DNA from: Euprymna scolopes
Lineage: Eukaryota
Direction: 5' to 3' (one strand)
DNA: 64,000 nucleotides
Assembly (NCBI GenBank): GCA_053919585.1
Contig: CM132807.1
Shown here: piece by piece, positions 13,661 to 26,399 of the stretch
Layout: each line of letters starts with the position of its first letter
How positions within the stretch are numbered: position 1 is the first letter of the stretch
The notes under the pieces: generated by a model
Database searches by the model: none
Told to the model about the DNA's origin: nothing
What the model saw: the letters and a program-made list of their open reading frames with translations, nothing else
Position numbers and translations under genes: made by a program

Positions 13661-14734
13661 ATTTCCCGGTTGAACTAACTGAAATTGTGAGTAAATGTCT
13701 GGCATTCAGCAGGGTGCGCCGTCCCAATGAAAAATATAATGATTAAAAAAATAAAACAAAAGAGAAGCATATATGCATGAATAAAAAAGTCCCGGTCTGC
13801 GTAAATGCATACAAATAAACACATATATACGCATGTGATTTTTACAAATGCATACATACTTGTGAGCCCACACAAGAATAGTTGCCCTTACATGCACGCA
13901 CACACACATATAGATGCACATACATATACATACTCTCTTATTTCATTTTACTTCAGTAAGCTTTAAAAATCAAGATAATTCTCCCTTGGAGAAAACATCT
14001 GATCTCTATTTGAAATACATAGATACCCAAGTCCTATTTTGCCTCTAAAACTTAGAATTAGTAAAAAAAAAAAAAAGCAAGAAACTTTATTATCATTTTT
14101 CAAATTGACCAGTTAACGATTTTATACTATATATTATTTGTTGTCTTTTGGCCCCACTAGATTCCAGGACAAGAATTAATCTAGTCTGGTGAATTATCCA
14201 GCTCCAAGTTTTGTTACTTTAAGTAACGTCGTAATCGAATGTGTAGCCATGTCGAAATTTTATTTAGGCTTCGGATACGATACAATTCCAATATTTGTTT
14301 AGGATTTACTTATAAAGCGAAATATCCCATGTAACTTGCCATTGTAAATGATTGTACAAAGAGACTAAAAGCATTGGAAAATGTTGCCTAGTAATTAATT
14401 TAATCTCTTTATGTTTGTGTGTCTGTGTATATGTAGATTCGGCTTACGATAATATAAAAAAGAAAACAATAACATACGTATTGTATTAATTGGTTTTAGA
14501 ACCCAAACAAACCTGAATTATAAATTTATGCAGTTTTTAAATTTTATCATTCACATATTTTGTATTCACAAAGCATATGTTAGAGTTTTATTATTCTATT
14601 ATAGTTTTATTCATTTGTCACGTATTGTTTCATATCAGCTTTTTACATATTGAACATACACATATATATATATATTTAAATAGCTGTTTAACGGTACAAA
14701 ACTTATAAATTGCTTTAAAGAAAATAGCTGGCAA

Positions 14735-14775
14735 AACCCGAGGGGCCCCTTTCGTCCACAAACTCATAAGGAGTT
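14735..14775 (-). ncRNA. Minimal type I hammerhead ribozyme (core G5-to-U variant)
   Basis: Minus strand AACTC-CTTATGA-GTTT GT GGAC-GAAA-GGGGCCCC-TC-GGGTT: stem I AACUC/GGGUU, short stem II, palindromic stem III, CUC triplet. Core reads CUUAUGA instead of CUGAUGA. Confidence 0.75.
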
Positions 14776-15306
14776 AATCGTTGACCTGTTCAAAAATAAA
14801 TAAAAATATCCCATAAGAGCAGAGACTTAATGAGGTGTGCGTGTCAATTTTACCCATGGAGAGAAAAAATAGGGGTAGATGAGTGGGAATACGAATAAAA
14901 TAAAATAAAATATTTATAATAATGTAAAATATATGTATACGTAGGGACAAAAAGGAGTTAATATCTCAAAATAAGTCTTATGACTTGACGAATTCTTTCT
15001 GTCGACAGAGAGAGGGTCTACGTAAGATAATAGAGACTGACTCCAAAATCCGCAAGTGATTCTGAGAGTCAGCCCGGTGCAAAATTCTAAAACCCTCCAT
15101 TTTATACACATTGGCACATGCTGGATTTTCATGAAGGTGTTGGCCAATGGATGATTCCAAGGTTGAAGAGGAGGAGTAAGAGCGACAAAGCATGCCTAAT
15201 CTTATTTTTGCTGGAATATGTTGGTTAATTCGTGTCTGAACATTTAAGGAGCTTCGACCCACATAGTCAGCAGCATACATATGAATTCGTAAATTACATT
15301 ACTTTT

Positions 15307-15817
15307 CCCGCCTAGCGAGTGCAACCTTGGCGTGGTTAGGGAGCTTGCTTGTCTCTAAGACCCGGATAGCTATGCTGGCAGGAGGTTCGTCTCCTGGTAG
15401 GGCCGGCCAAGTCAGACAGGTTGAAGGGTAGAGATCAGACTAAGAGCACTCACTAGCCCTCCAGGTTGGGAGTTAGAATAGGGCCAACAACCCAATTCTG
15501 TAAAAGAAAGAAGATTGCAGAAACCGCAACGACATCATCTATAGACTTCCTGGTCCTCTATAGTAGAGTTCATGATGCGAGCGGATGAAAGCCTCCGGGA
15601 AGTGCGTGCACCGACAACCCTTCTGATGCCCAAGGCCAAGACAAGGATAAATGAAACTGGATTGGCCACACCTTGCGGAAACCTGCATCCAACAACACCA
15701 AGCAGGCCCTTGACTAGAGCCCGCTGAAGAGGACCAGTCAGAACTGGGTCCGTTGGAGGAGTGTCATTGCGGCCCTATGGTCCCCAAGGAATCAAGAGGC
15801 CTAATCAAATAATAATC
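15307..15817 (+). mobile_element. Bipartite (internally deleted) RTE-derived SINE-like element with 11-bp TSD
   Basis: Flanked by ACATTACTTTT (15296-15306 and 15818-15828). RTE-like 5' UTR (CCCTCCAGGTTGGGAGTT...GGGCCAACAACCC) joined to RTE C-terminal coding remnants WIGHTLRKP...QALD and VRWRSVIAAL, then a TAATC/TAA-rich tail. Confidence 0.8.
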
Positions 15818-16876
15818 ACATTACTTTTTGTGATGTAAGGAAAACTATCTTTAACAGCTTGGAGAAATGTAGACTTAATACCATTGAACAAATGCAGAGC
15901 AATGGACGGGTAGCAATTTGATAGAAATATAATGATTAAATCTGTAACAACAGCATATTCTTTTATTCTTTTGACTCTCGAGTATATGTCAAACACAGTA
16001 ACAGTTAATCAACCGAGAACCACATCAGTCTATATAAAAACAGATAAGATGTTAACGGATATATACTCAAGAGTCAAAACAATGAAAAGAACATCCTTTT
16101 GTCACAGCCCTAATGATTCCTTTACCCAAACACTAACAGGTCTCCCCAATCCAAGGAATTTTAAAGTAGACAGGACACTTGGAGGGACCAAAGACTGTAG
16201 GAGAATTGCATTTTTAAACTTTATTTTTAATAATATAATTAATTAAATTCTTCGGATAACCGTTGCGAATGAAAATGTCTCTGACAGTTTTTAGTTCGTA
16301 TTCTTTCTAGTTTACCGAAAAAAAAAATTCTAACGCATGAATAAACCCGATCTTCCCGTGTGGCAATAACACTTCTCAAATGCATTTGTGATGTTAGGTT
16401 ATTGACGTTCGTCAAAATGGACTTCCTGCTTTAATCGATTTTTTACAATTATTGATTTTCGTTACATATCTGAAGCATCCCGATACAAAACCTACGTAAG
16501 AACACTTCCTGACATATCAAGTACTTTCGTGTTAAATTTAAAAGAAAATCAGCCCAGTCGTTTTCGAATCCATAGCGAAATAACTCACACACACGTGCGT
16601 TTTTCTTACATACTAGTATATACATATAATCATCAACGGAGTGACTGCTAGGCAAACAAGTGTTTAAGTTGAGATTGAAACCAAATATTTTGTTTCGAAA
16701 GTGCTTATCTATATCCATTGCGTCATCGTTACAAGCACAGGAAGTGAAATAATATTGTGATAATAACGATGTAAAGTACAATTATACATTTGCAATTAAT
16801 TTGCTACATTTTAACGCCATTGTTTGGCATTTAAAGCGAAAACGAAGGTTAACGATCCCTCAAAAATATGCATATA

Positions 16877-17510
16877 TCTATATATAAATGTGATAATGTG
16901 TGTATGTGAGGAAAACTCTCAAATATACATCTTTAACGAATTTTTGATTAACAGATTTAAACTTTGGTATATAGGGAATTCAGACATGTGAAAATTTAGT
17001 ATATAGAGTATTCAGACACGTGAAAAATGTTATTGTTTTTTGGTACTTGGGGGTCATCGGATTTTTTTCTCTCAACTGTTTCACGATTGTGCATGCGCGA
17101 ATCATAAGCATAACAGCCCCCTTATTATAAGGATAGGTAGGTTTGAAAACACTTTTTAAAGTTCAGAGCAAGCTGGCATGATGGCTACTGTACTTGGCTC
17201 ACTGTTTTAAGGTTTATTTCGATCACAGCTTCAGTGTTATATTTTTTACTTAAAAGAAACAAAACACAATACTTGCTTGCACAGCTAGAGGGATAGATAC
17301 CTATTACTGGTTGAGCACTACACGTAATGGTTTCGATTTTACCGGATAGTACGCAAGTCATATTTTTAAAAATAACTTTTGAAATCATTAATATCTATTG
17401 GATAATTATTAATAGTAGAATAGGCTCTATAATAATTGATGAGAAATCGGCATGAATTAAAATATAATATTTATACTATGTTACGACGGCAACGGCGGAT
17501 GACCTGCTAG
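16877..17510 (+). mobile_element. Non-autonomous Helitron-like element
   Basis: A|TCTATATATAAATG...(TG)n start. GC-rich subterminal segment followed by CTAG|T. Confidence 0.55.
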
Positions 17511-20239
17511 TATATTATATATATAACATGAAATTGGTACAAAAACGACACTGAATCCACTTAACATTTTGCTTTTGTTTGGTCTCTCTGCGCTCCGGTA
17601 TATCAGCATTTTTAGTGATACTTAACTAAATACAATACCCATTGAAACAGTTCATTGCAAACGGTAAAATAATAAAACTTGAATAGTTGGCCGGTAGTTC
17701 ATACTTTTCACAAAGTATCTTAATCCCATAGATTAGATGAGATTCGAACCTTAATTATTCGATTGCATAGTTCCCCAGGTGGATATTTCATTGCACGATT
17801 GTTTGATAGTAGTATATTCCTGTCTTCACAAACGGGTAGATTTCTAGAAGATCTACTTGATGACGCTCTTGCATAAAACACGTATCTTTTTGTAAATCTA
17901 GAAACGTAAAAATGGCCATGAGGAATGTACATAATAAAGCTCATACAATATAATATTAATGTCCGATCGCAGGCACGTAAGCGATGCATCAGCTGATTCA
18001 GCAAAGAAAAACGAAAACCGATACACAAATACGGAAATCATGCGAATCTTCTTGTTTATCCGATTTATCATAATTCTTGACAAATCAACCACATGAGCGC
18101 AACGATTCGTCAAGCAAAGGAAAACATAAAAATTCTTTATGTTCACTCTTATGTCTGTAAAAGAAGCTTGTTGGCTTCGGGCGAATGCTTTGTTTCCATA
18201 CATCGATCTCAAGGTTACACAATTTTAAGGTCTATAATCTTATGCTGTGGTTGCTTACTGACAGAAGTACGCACTATCGTGTAGATATCCATCGACACTC
18301 CAGGGGACAATTTGTCATTGAAAGAATCGAGTTTCCTTACGCCATTCTATCGATGATTCATAAGAGACAGGAATGTGACTAAGAGTTAATTCTAAAGATT
18401 ACGAAAAGTGGTGTATGCTGAAAAACATTGAGACCCCATCGCAAATATGTGCACTTGCAATTCCCACTTCAAAATAAATCATGATCAATAGATTTAGGTT
18501 TAATTGCAAAATACCAATTATTATTTTTAGTCCCCCCGGAATAATCACCGACTGTAATAATATTGAATCGGCAGTGGCCAGAAGTTTTGACGTTAAATCT
18601 TATCCACAAAATTATCCTCTAAATTATTTTGTAGTGTGTATATTACCTTTTGTAAGAAATTTATAATTATTGGATAATAGCTTATTTTCACGCAAGATAA
18701 ATGAGTAAGATAAGTTAAACAATAGCCAGTCCTTCGTTTTATCGTATCATATTATCATATCATCCCATCAATTGAAGTCGTGTGACTGTTGAGTTACTTC
18801 TTTTCATCAATACCGACCAGTCTCAGTAGTTTTATATGACTTTCGTCACTGATTCAACATTCTGTGTATTAAGTTGTTGGTTCCCAATACTTGATCCTTT
18901 ATTAGATTCATCTACTTTGTAGGAGATAAACTAATAACAGATCGATGAGGAATCAAGGAATTGTATAAATAGATGAATTCCAGAAAATGTAAACCCTATC
19001 ATTTAATCTTCACTTTGCTTGGATGTACGGCGCTAGAAAACTTACAATCGAGCACACTTAGTATATCTGTTTACAGCTTTGTCATTGAACAACAGTTTTG
19101 ACGATGGGATTATGCAGTGTCATAAGTGTGTACCTCAAATGGAAGCAATCTTAATGCAAATAACAATCCCATTATTTTTACCAAAATAATATTTTAAATG
19201 AACATCATTATTGTCATTGCTCAGAAAACATGGCTAACGGTATGGTACGTTTCCATTAAACGAGTTTTAGAAAACTAATCGCATGGATATCGCGAAAATT
19301 TATTTGGCAGTTACAAAATAAGTAATGACAAACTTTTATGAAGGGCATCATTGAAAACGGAAACCGCGACAGTTATGTTTATGAAATTACAAACATGTTT
19401 GACGATGAAATGTACAACTTTTTCACTCTATATAAAAACAATATCTCTTAGCAATCCACCATTTTAACGTTTTATTTTCTTTCAAACCTAACGTGTCAAA
19501 CATTTTTATTAAATGTTAATAGGAAAGAAAATTAACCTTACATTGAAATAAGTTTAATTTTTTAATGTTATTTCATTTTGCGAAAACTTACGTCTTGCCT
19601 TTAAAAGATAAGTATATCGACTTCGTTGTTTTTGTGTACAGCATTGTCGAAAGTGTTGTAATTTCGTTCTCCTTCAAATATTTCAAACTTTATTATGATC
19701 GATAGTTTTATCTTTAACATTTCCTGATAAAATTGCATAACTGATGGGTAGCACTTAAAAAAATAATTGATAATTGCGATATCATCTGAATGTAGTCGTA
19801 GTCACTTATAAACATTTTTGACGTGAGCTCTTTGAATTTTGTCGCCACTGTTGTATCATTGTTAAAAGAGTACAATAGTCAACATCGTTACAGAGTAAAA
19901 ATATCAAATAACACATAAGAAGTAGGGATAAAAGAAAACATTATGACAACAAGACACAAATAGCGAGACAGACGTTAATAAAATACAACTAATATCAGAC
20001 GTAAGATTTATCTGTTACTCCCCGTATTCACCTTCAAATGCTCTAAAACATGCAGAAGATTAGAATCACGAAGCATACAAACAAATAATTTTTAAGACTG
20101 GTTTAATTGATTTTTAAACAACTGGACCAGTCACAGGGGTGTACGCTTGTATAAGTGATGCTGTTAACTAATAAACATTGGAAGAAACTCAATGTGCTCA
20201 TTCGTATAATAAAATCAAATGTTGATTAGTAAATGCACT

Positions 20240-23200
20240 GTTTTAAATAATGAAAACTTCAATTATAAGATACTTAAATAATAGAAACGTTAATAATCAG
20301 ACACTTTAATAATAAGAAACTTTAATAATCAGAGATATAAATAATCAGAAACTTTAATTAATAGAAAAATTCAAGAACCAGAAACCTGAATAATCCGAAA
20401 CTTTTATAAATAGAAACTTTAATGGTCATAAAACTTGAATATTCAGACACTTTAATAATCAGAAACTTTAATAAATTGAAACTTTAATAATCAGAAACTT
20501 TAATAAATAGATACTTTAATAAATAGAGACTTTAATATACAGAGACGTTAATAAATAGAAACTTTAATAATCAGATCCTTTAACAAATAGAGACTTTAAT
20601 AAATAGAAACTTTAATGAATAGAAACTTTAATGATCATAAAACTTTAATAATTAGAAACCCAAATAATCAGAAAATTTAAAAAATAGAAACATAAATAAA
20701 TAGAAATTTTAATAATCAGAAACTTTAAAAATCAGAAACTTTAATAAAAAGTAACTTTATTAATTATAAAACTTTAATAATAAGGATTTTAAATAATAGA
20801 AACTTTAATAATCAGAAACTCGAATAAATAGAAACTTTAATAATCATAAACCTTTAATAAATAGTAACTTTAATAATTAGAAACTTTACAAAATAGAAAC
20901 TTTATTAATTATAACACTTTAATAATCAGAAACTTTAATAACTAGAAACTTTAATAATAAGAAAGTTTAATAAACAGAGACTTGTATAACTAGCAACTTT
21001 AATAATAATAATAAACTTTAAACAATAAAAACTTTAATAATGGATAAAAACTTTAATAATCATAAAACTTAAATTGATAGAAACTTTAAAAAATGGAAAC
21101 TTTAATAATCATGACACCTAAATAATCAGAAACTCGAATAATCAGAAACTTTAAGAAATAGAGACTTTAATAAATAGAAACTTGAATAATCAGAAACTTT
21201 AATTAATAGAAACTTTAATGATCAGAAACTTTTATAATAAGACAGTTAAAAAATAGAAACTTTTATAAAAGACACTTAAATAATCAGAATCTTTAATAAT
21301 AAGAAACTTTAATAAATAGAAACTTTAATAATTATACAACTTTTAATAATCAGAAAGGTTAATAATAGAAACTTTATTAAATGGAAACTTTAATAATCAT
21401 GACACTTTAATAATCAGAAACTGAAGAAAATAGAAACTTTAATAAAAAGGAACTTTAATAATCAGAAACTTTAATAAATAAAGATTTAATAAATAGTAAC
21501 TTAATAATATAATATTTTAAATAGTAATTTAATAAATAGAAACTTTAATAATCAGAAACTTTAAAAATCAGAAACTTAAATAATCAGAAAATTTAATAAA
21601 TAGAGACTGTAATAAATAGTAATTTAATAATTAGAAACTTTAATAATCAGACACTTTAAAAAAATAGAAACCTTAATAAATAGAAACTTTTATAATCAGA
21701 AACTATAATAATCAGAAACTAAAATAAATAGAAACTTTAATAATTATAAAACTTCAATAATCAGAACCTTTAATAAATAGAACCTAAAATAATCATAAAA
21801 CGTTAATAATCAGGAACTTTAATAATCAGAAAGGTTTAAAAATAGAAAATTTAATAAATAGAAACTTTAATAAATAGAAACTTTCATAATCAAAACCTTT
21901 AATAATGAGAAACTTTATTGAGTAGAGACTTTAATAATAATAAAACTGTAATAATCATACCACTTTAATAACTAGAAACTTTAATAATCAGAAACTTTAT
22001 TAATTAGAAACTTTACTCAATAGAAACTTTAATAAACAAAACTCTAATAATAAGAAACTTAACAAAATAGACACTTTAATAATTATAACAGTTTAGTAAT
22101 CAGAAACTTTAATAAATAAAAACTTTAATAAATAGAAAATTTAATAATGAGAAAGTTTAATAAATAGAAGCTTTTATAAATATAAACTTGTATAATCACA
22201 AACTTAAGTAAATAGAAACTTTAATAAATGGAAACTGTAATAATAATAACACTTGAATAATCAGAAACCTTAATAATCAGAAACCTTAATAATCAGAAAC
22301 TTTAATAAATAGAAAGTTTAATAAATAGAAACTTTAATAAATAGAAACTTTAATAATAAGAAACTATTATAATCAGACACATTAAAAAATAAAAACATTA
22401 ATAAATAGAAACTTTAAGAATCAGAAACTTTAAGAATAAGAAACTTTGATAAATAGAAACTATAATAACCAAAAAATTAACGAATCAGACACCTTAATAA
22501 GTAAAAATTTTAATTATTATAAAACTTGATAATCAGAAACATTAATAATCAGAAACTTTAAAAATCAGAAACTTTAATAAATAGAGACATTACTAAATAA
22601 AAACTTTAATAAATAGAAACTTTAATGAATAGAAACTTTAATAATCATAAAATGTTAATAATGCGAAACCCAAATAATCAGAAACTTAAAACAATAGGAA
22701 ATTTAATAAATTAAACTTTAATAATTAGAAAATTTACAAATCAGAAACTTTAATAAATATAAACTTTTATAATTATAAACTTTGATAATCAGAATTTCAA
22801 TAATAGAAACTTAAATAATGAGAAAAGTTAATAAATAGAAATATTAATAAATAAAAACATTAATAAATAGAAACCTTAATAATCAGAAACTTTAAAAAAT
22901 AGAAACTTTAATAATCCAAAAACTTTAATAATCAGAAATTTTAATAAATAGAAACTTTAATGATTATAAACTTTAATAATCAGAAACTGTAATAATCAGA
23001 AATTTTAATAAATAGAAACTTTAATAATCATAAAACTTGAATAATCAGAAACTTTAATAATCAGAAACTTTAAAAATAGAAACTTTAATAATTATAAACT
23101 TTCATAATAAGACACTTTAATAAATAGAAACTTTAAATAATAGAAACTTTAATAATGAGAAACTTTAATAAAGAGAGACTTTAATAAATAGAAACTTTAA

Positions 23201-24225
23201 TAATCACCAAACTTAAATTATCAGAAACTTTTATGATCAGAAACTTTAAAAAATAGAGACTTTTATAAATAGAAACTTTAATAAATAGATACTTTAATGA
23301 ATAGAAACTCCAATAATCATAAAACTTAATTAATCGGAAACTTTAATAATCAGACACTTTAAAAAATAGAGCTTTTTATAAAAAGAAACTTTTATAAAAA
23401 GAAACTTTAATAAATAAAAACTTTAATAAATAGAAACTTTTAAAAATATAAAACTTTAATAATCAGAAATTTTAATAATAGAAACTTTATTAATTAGAAA
23501 CTTGGATAAATAGAAACTTTAATAATCATTAAACTTTAAAAATCAGAAACTTTAATAATCTGATATTTTAAAAAACAGAAACTTTAATAAATAGAACATT
23601 TAATAAATAGAAACTTTATTTATCAGACACTTGAATAATCAGAAACTTTTATAAAAAGAAACTTTAATAAATAGAAACGTTAATAAATAGAACATTTAAT
23701 AAATAGAAACTTTATTTATCAGACACTTGAATAATCAGAAACTTTTATAAAAAGAAACTTTAATAAATAGAAACGTTAATAAATAGAACATTTAATAAAT
23801 AGAAACTTTATTTATCAGACACTTGAATAATCAGAAACTTTTATAAAAAGAAACTTTAATAAATAGAAACGTTAATAAATAGAACATTTAATAAATAGAA
23901 ACTTTATTTATCAGACACTTGAATAATCAGAAACTTTTATAAAAAGAAACTTTAATAAATAGAAACGTTAATAAATAGAACATTTAATAAATAGAAACTT
24001 TATTTATCAGACACTTGAATAATCAGAAACCTTTATAAAAAGAAACTTTAATAAATAGAAACTTTAATAATCAGAAACTTTAATAAATATAAACTTTAAT
24101 AACCATAAAACATATATAATCAGAAACTTTAATAATCAGAAAATTTAATTAATAGAAACTTTAATAAATAGAAACTTTAATAATCATATAACTTTAATAA
24201 TCAGAAACTTTTACAATGAGAAATT
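20240..24225. repeat. ~4 kb minisatellite of a 16-bp unit (AGAAACTTTAATAA(TC/AT))
   Basis: Continuous degenerate tandem copies. 96-bp higher-order period at ~23590-24060. Confidence 0.95.
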
Positions 24226-25629
24226 CAATGGAAAGAAATAGCAGCTTCAAAATAGGATTGGTAATTAAAATATAAATTTAATGCAAATAACTATGTCGTA
24301 AATCACTATTTTCAGAATTACATAAATAGTATGTTTATTCAAATATTTTTGTCGACGTTGTCCAAAACATATGAATACTGAACGCTAAGATGGCGGACAA
24401 GATGGCGGAAGAGTTCAGATAAAACATCAGATACAATCTTTGCGGTAGCATATAGAACAATGCTATGACATTTATATTATTTTGGCATATCTTATTTTCC
24501 CTTAATCGTTGTTGGTCTTTTAGCTATTTTTTGTAATGTTACCAGCTGCAATTTTCACAGCGTTTTCGTCGTTTACTTACAAAGTTTCTATGTGCTTCTT
24601 TTCGAAGTTATTAACCGACATTTCTGATTGAACACTTTATTCCACGCATTGTGATATGCTGTTTCTATACCGTGTTCCATGCAATTTAGCTAATTAGTAT
24701 TTAGCTTCTTTAGTTATCCCAGAGGTGATTGAACCTCAAATATCTCTATATAATCCAGTCTAGAATGGTTCTAACTAAAACCTATATCCTCTCTATCATG
24801 TAATTAGTAAAACAACCAGAATGTGTTTTTAGAGAACATATATGTCTTAATAGCATACTATTTTGGGGTAAGCTCATATCTTTTGTTCTATTCTTATATT
24901 TGCCTAAATAATTCTCTGCACAAGAAGATATAAAATCAATACAACAAACCGATCAGTTTTAAACAATGGTGATAATGAAGATTATTCTATTATACTTTAT
25001 GAATATATTCGTTATTCTAAATTTTATTGAAACCAATTAGAACATTTTTTATTCTACAATTTTTTTAAACATGAAATTGAATACAGAAAAGCTTGCTTAC
25101 TTGTTAAATATTCATGAATCGCATTTAATACAAATCTGAAACATTAAAATTTTAAAATGGGCAGATGTTTCATATTAATTCCACGACATCTTTTTAAATA
25201 CTCTAAATAAACTGAAATCTATGGAATATTTACGTAGTGATGTATAAAACCTATTAACACGGATTCAAAAATGATTTATATAATTTTTACATAATGGATA
25301 AAACTTCATATTTGCTTTTTAAATATTTTTATATACAGACATATCTATCATTATTCTCCTCAATAGTTTTAATAACTAAAGAAATCATCGTAGCTTTGAA
25401 TATGTACTGATTCTTTTCAAAAACGTAAATAACAATACCTCATCGTCGAACTTTTCTGAATTGTTTATGCACATCAATAACCGCTGTTCTTTTGTGAGTA
25501 AAGCACATTTGCCCTTTTCCAAAGTTTAACAATATTCCATTTCAAATTTTATAATTGCTAAATGTAAACAAGTCGTTTCGCACAAATGGTATTAAATGAC
25601 AAAAGAACACATACACTCACACAGTAGCG

Positions 25630-25910
25630 TCCATGTGTATCTTTCTTTGTGTACATCTCTCCTACAGCTCACACCACTGGACCGATCATAACCAAACCTG
25701 GCATAATAATGGTTCCCCAAAATAAGGACGGTGTATACCATTTTTCAAAATAAAGGTCAAAGGTCAAGGTCAAAGCCTATGCATATATACTCCATGCCCA
25801 CACCATTGGACCGATCATGACCAAACTTGACATGATTATGGTCTCCGACCTAGGGACGGTTAACATTATTAACAAGGTCAGAGTCAACGGTTAAGGACGA
25901 GATTTTGCTA

Positions 25911-25911
<1 letters not shown>
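25630..25911 (+). mobile_element. Short non-autonomous Helitron-like element ending in CTAG at a (TA)n tract
   Basis: Internal duplication CACACCA(C/T)TGGACCGATCAT(A/G)ACCAAAC (~25670 and ~25799). Ends GCTAG|TATATA. Confidence 0.45.
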
Positions 25912-25987
<76 letters not shown>

Positions 25988-26324
25988 CCAAATCAATAGT
26001 TTCCAGATGTGATGCAAAAATAAAGCTTTGGCAAAGTTCATGCAACAGTGCTCAATATCAAAATTAGGTAAGCTATAATGTTATTTATTTTATTTATAAA
26101 AGCATTTTATATAGCTACTTATCTTTGAGGACGTTTCACTCAGTCAGAGACGTCTTCACGCGGTATTGCCTATATAAAGTAAAGTTCGTAATAAAAATTG
26201 TACGAAATTTTCCACTACAAAATTAATCAGGATTCCGCATCACATGATATTTAAAACTACAATTAGCTAACGACATTTAATATATGTAAAAAAGAAAGGA
26301 AAAGAAAAAGGTAGAGAATATAAA

Positions 26325-26355
<31 letters not shown>

Positions 26356-26399
26356 GTAGAAATGGTAATTAATAAAAACCTGAAAACAGTGCTCAATAC

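Larger units (their letters stand above)
14700..16290 (-). mobile_element. 5'-truncated Penelope-like element (linker plus GIY-YIG endonuclease) interrupted by two insertions
   Basis: Minus strand: NGYP (~16255-16268), FGPSKCPVYFKIPWIG (~16143-16192), KDSFPYITKSNVI|YEFIC..YVGRSS...RINQH...SSIGQHL...LRILES...PSLCRQK. Hammerhead at the 3' end. Confidence 0.85.

Noticed and set aside
25101-25135. 35-bp AG/GT-bounded segment reading FVLNAIHEYLT
   Set aside because: Too short, intron positions atypical for class B TM3, and no preceding TM1-2 exons identified.
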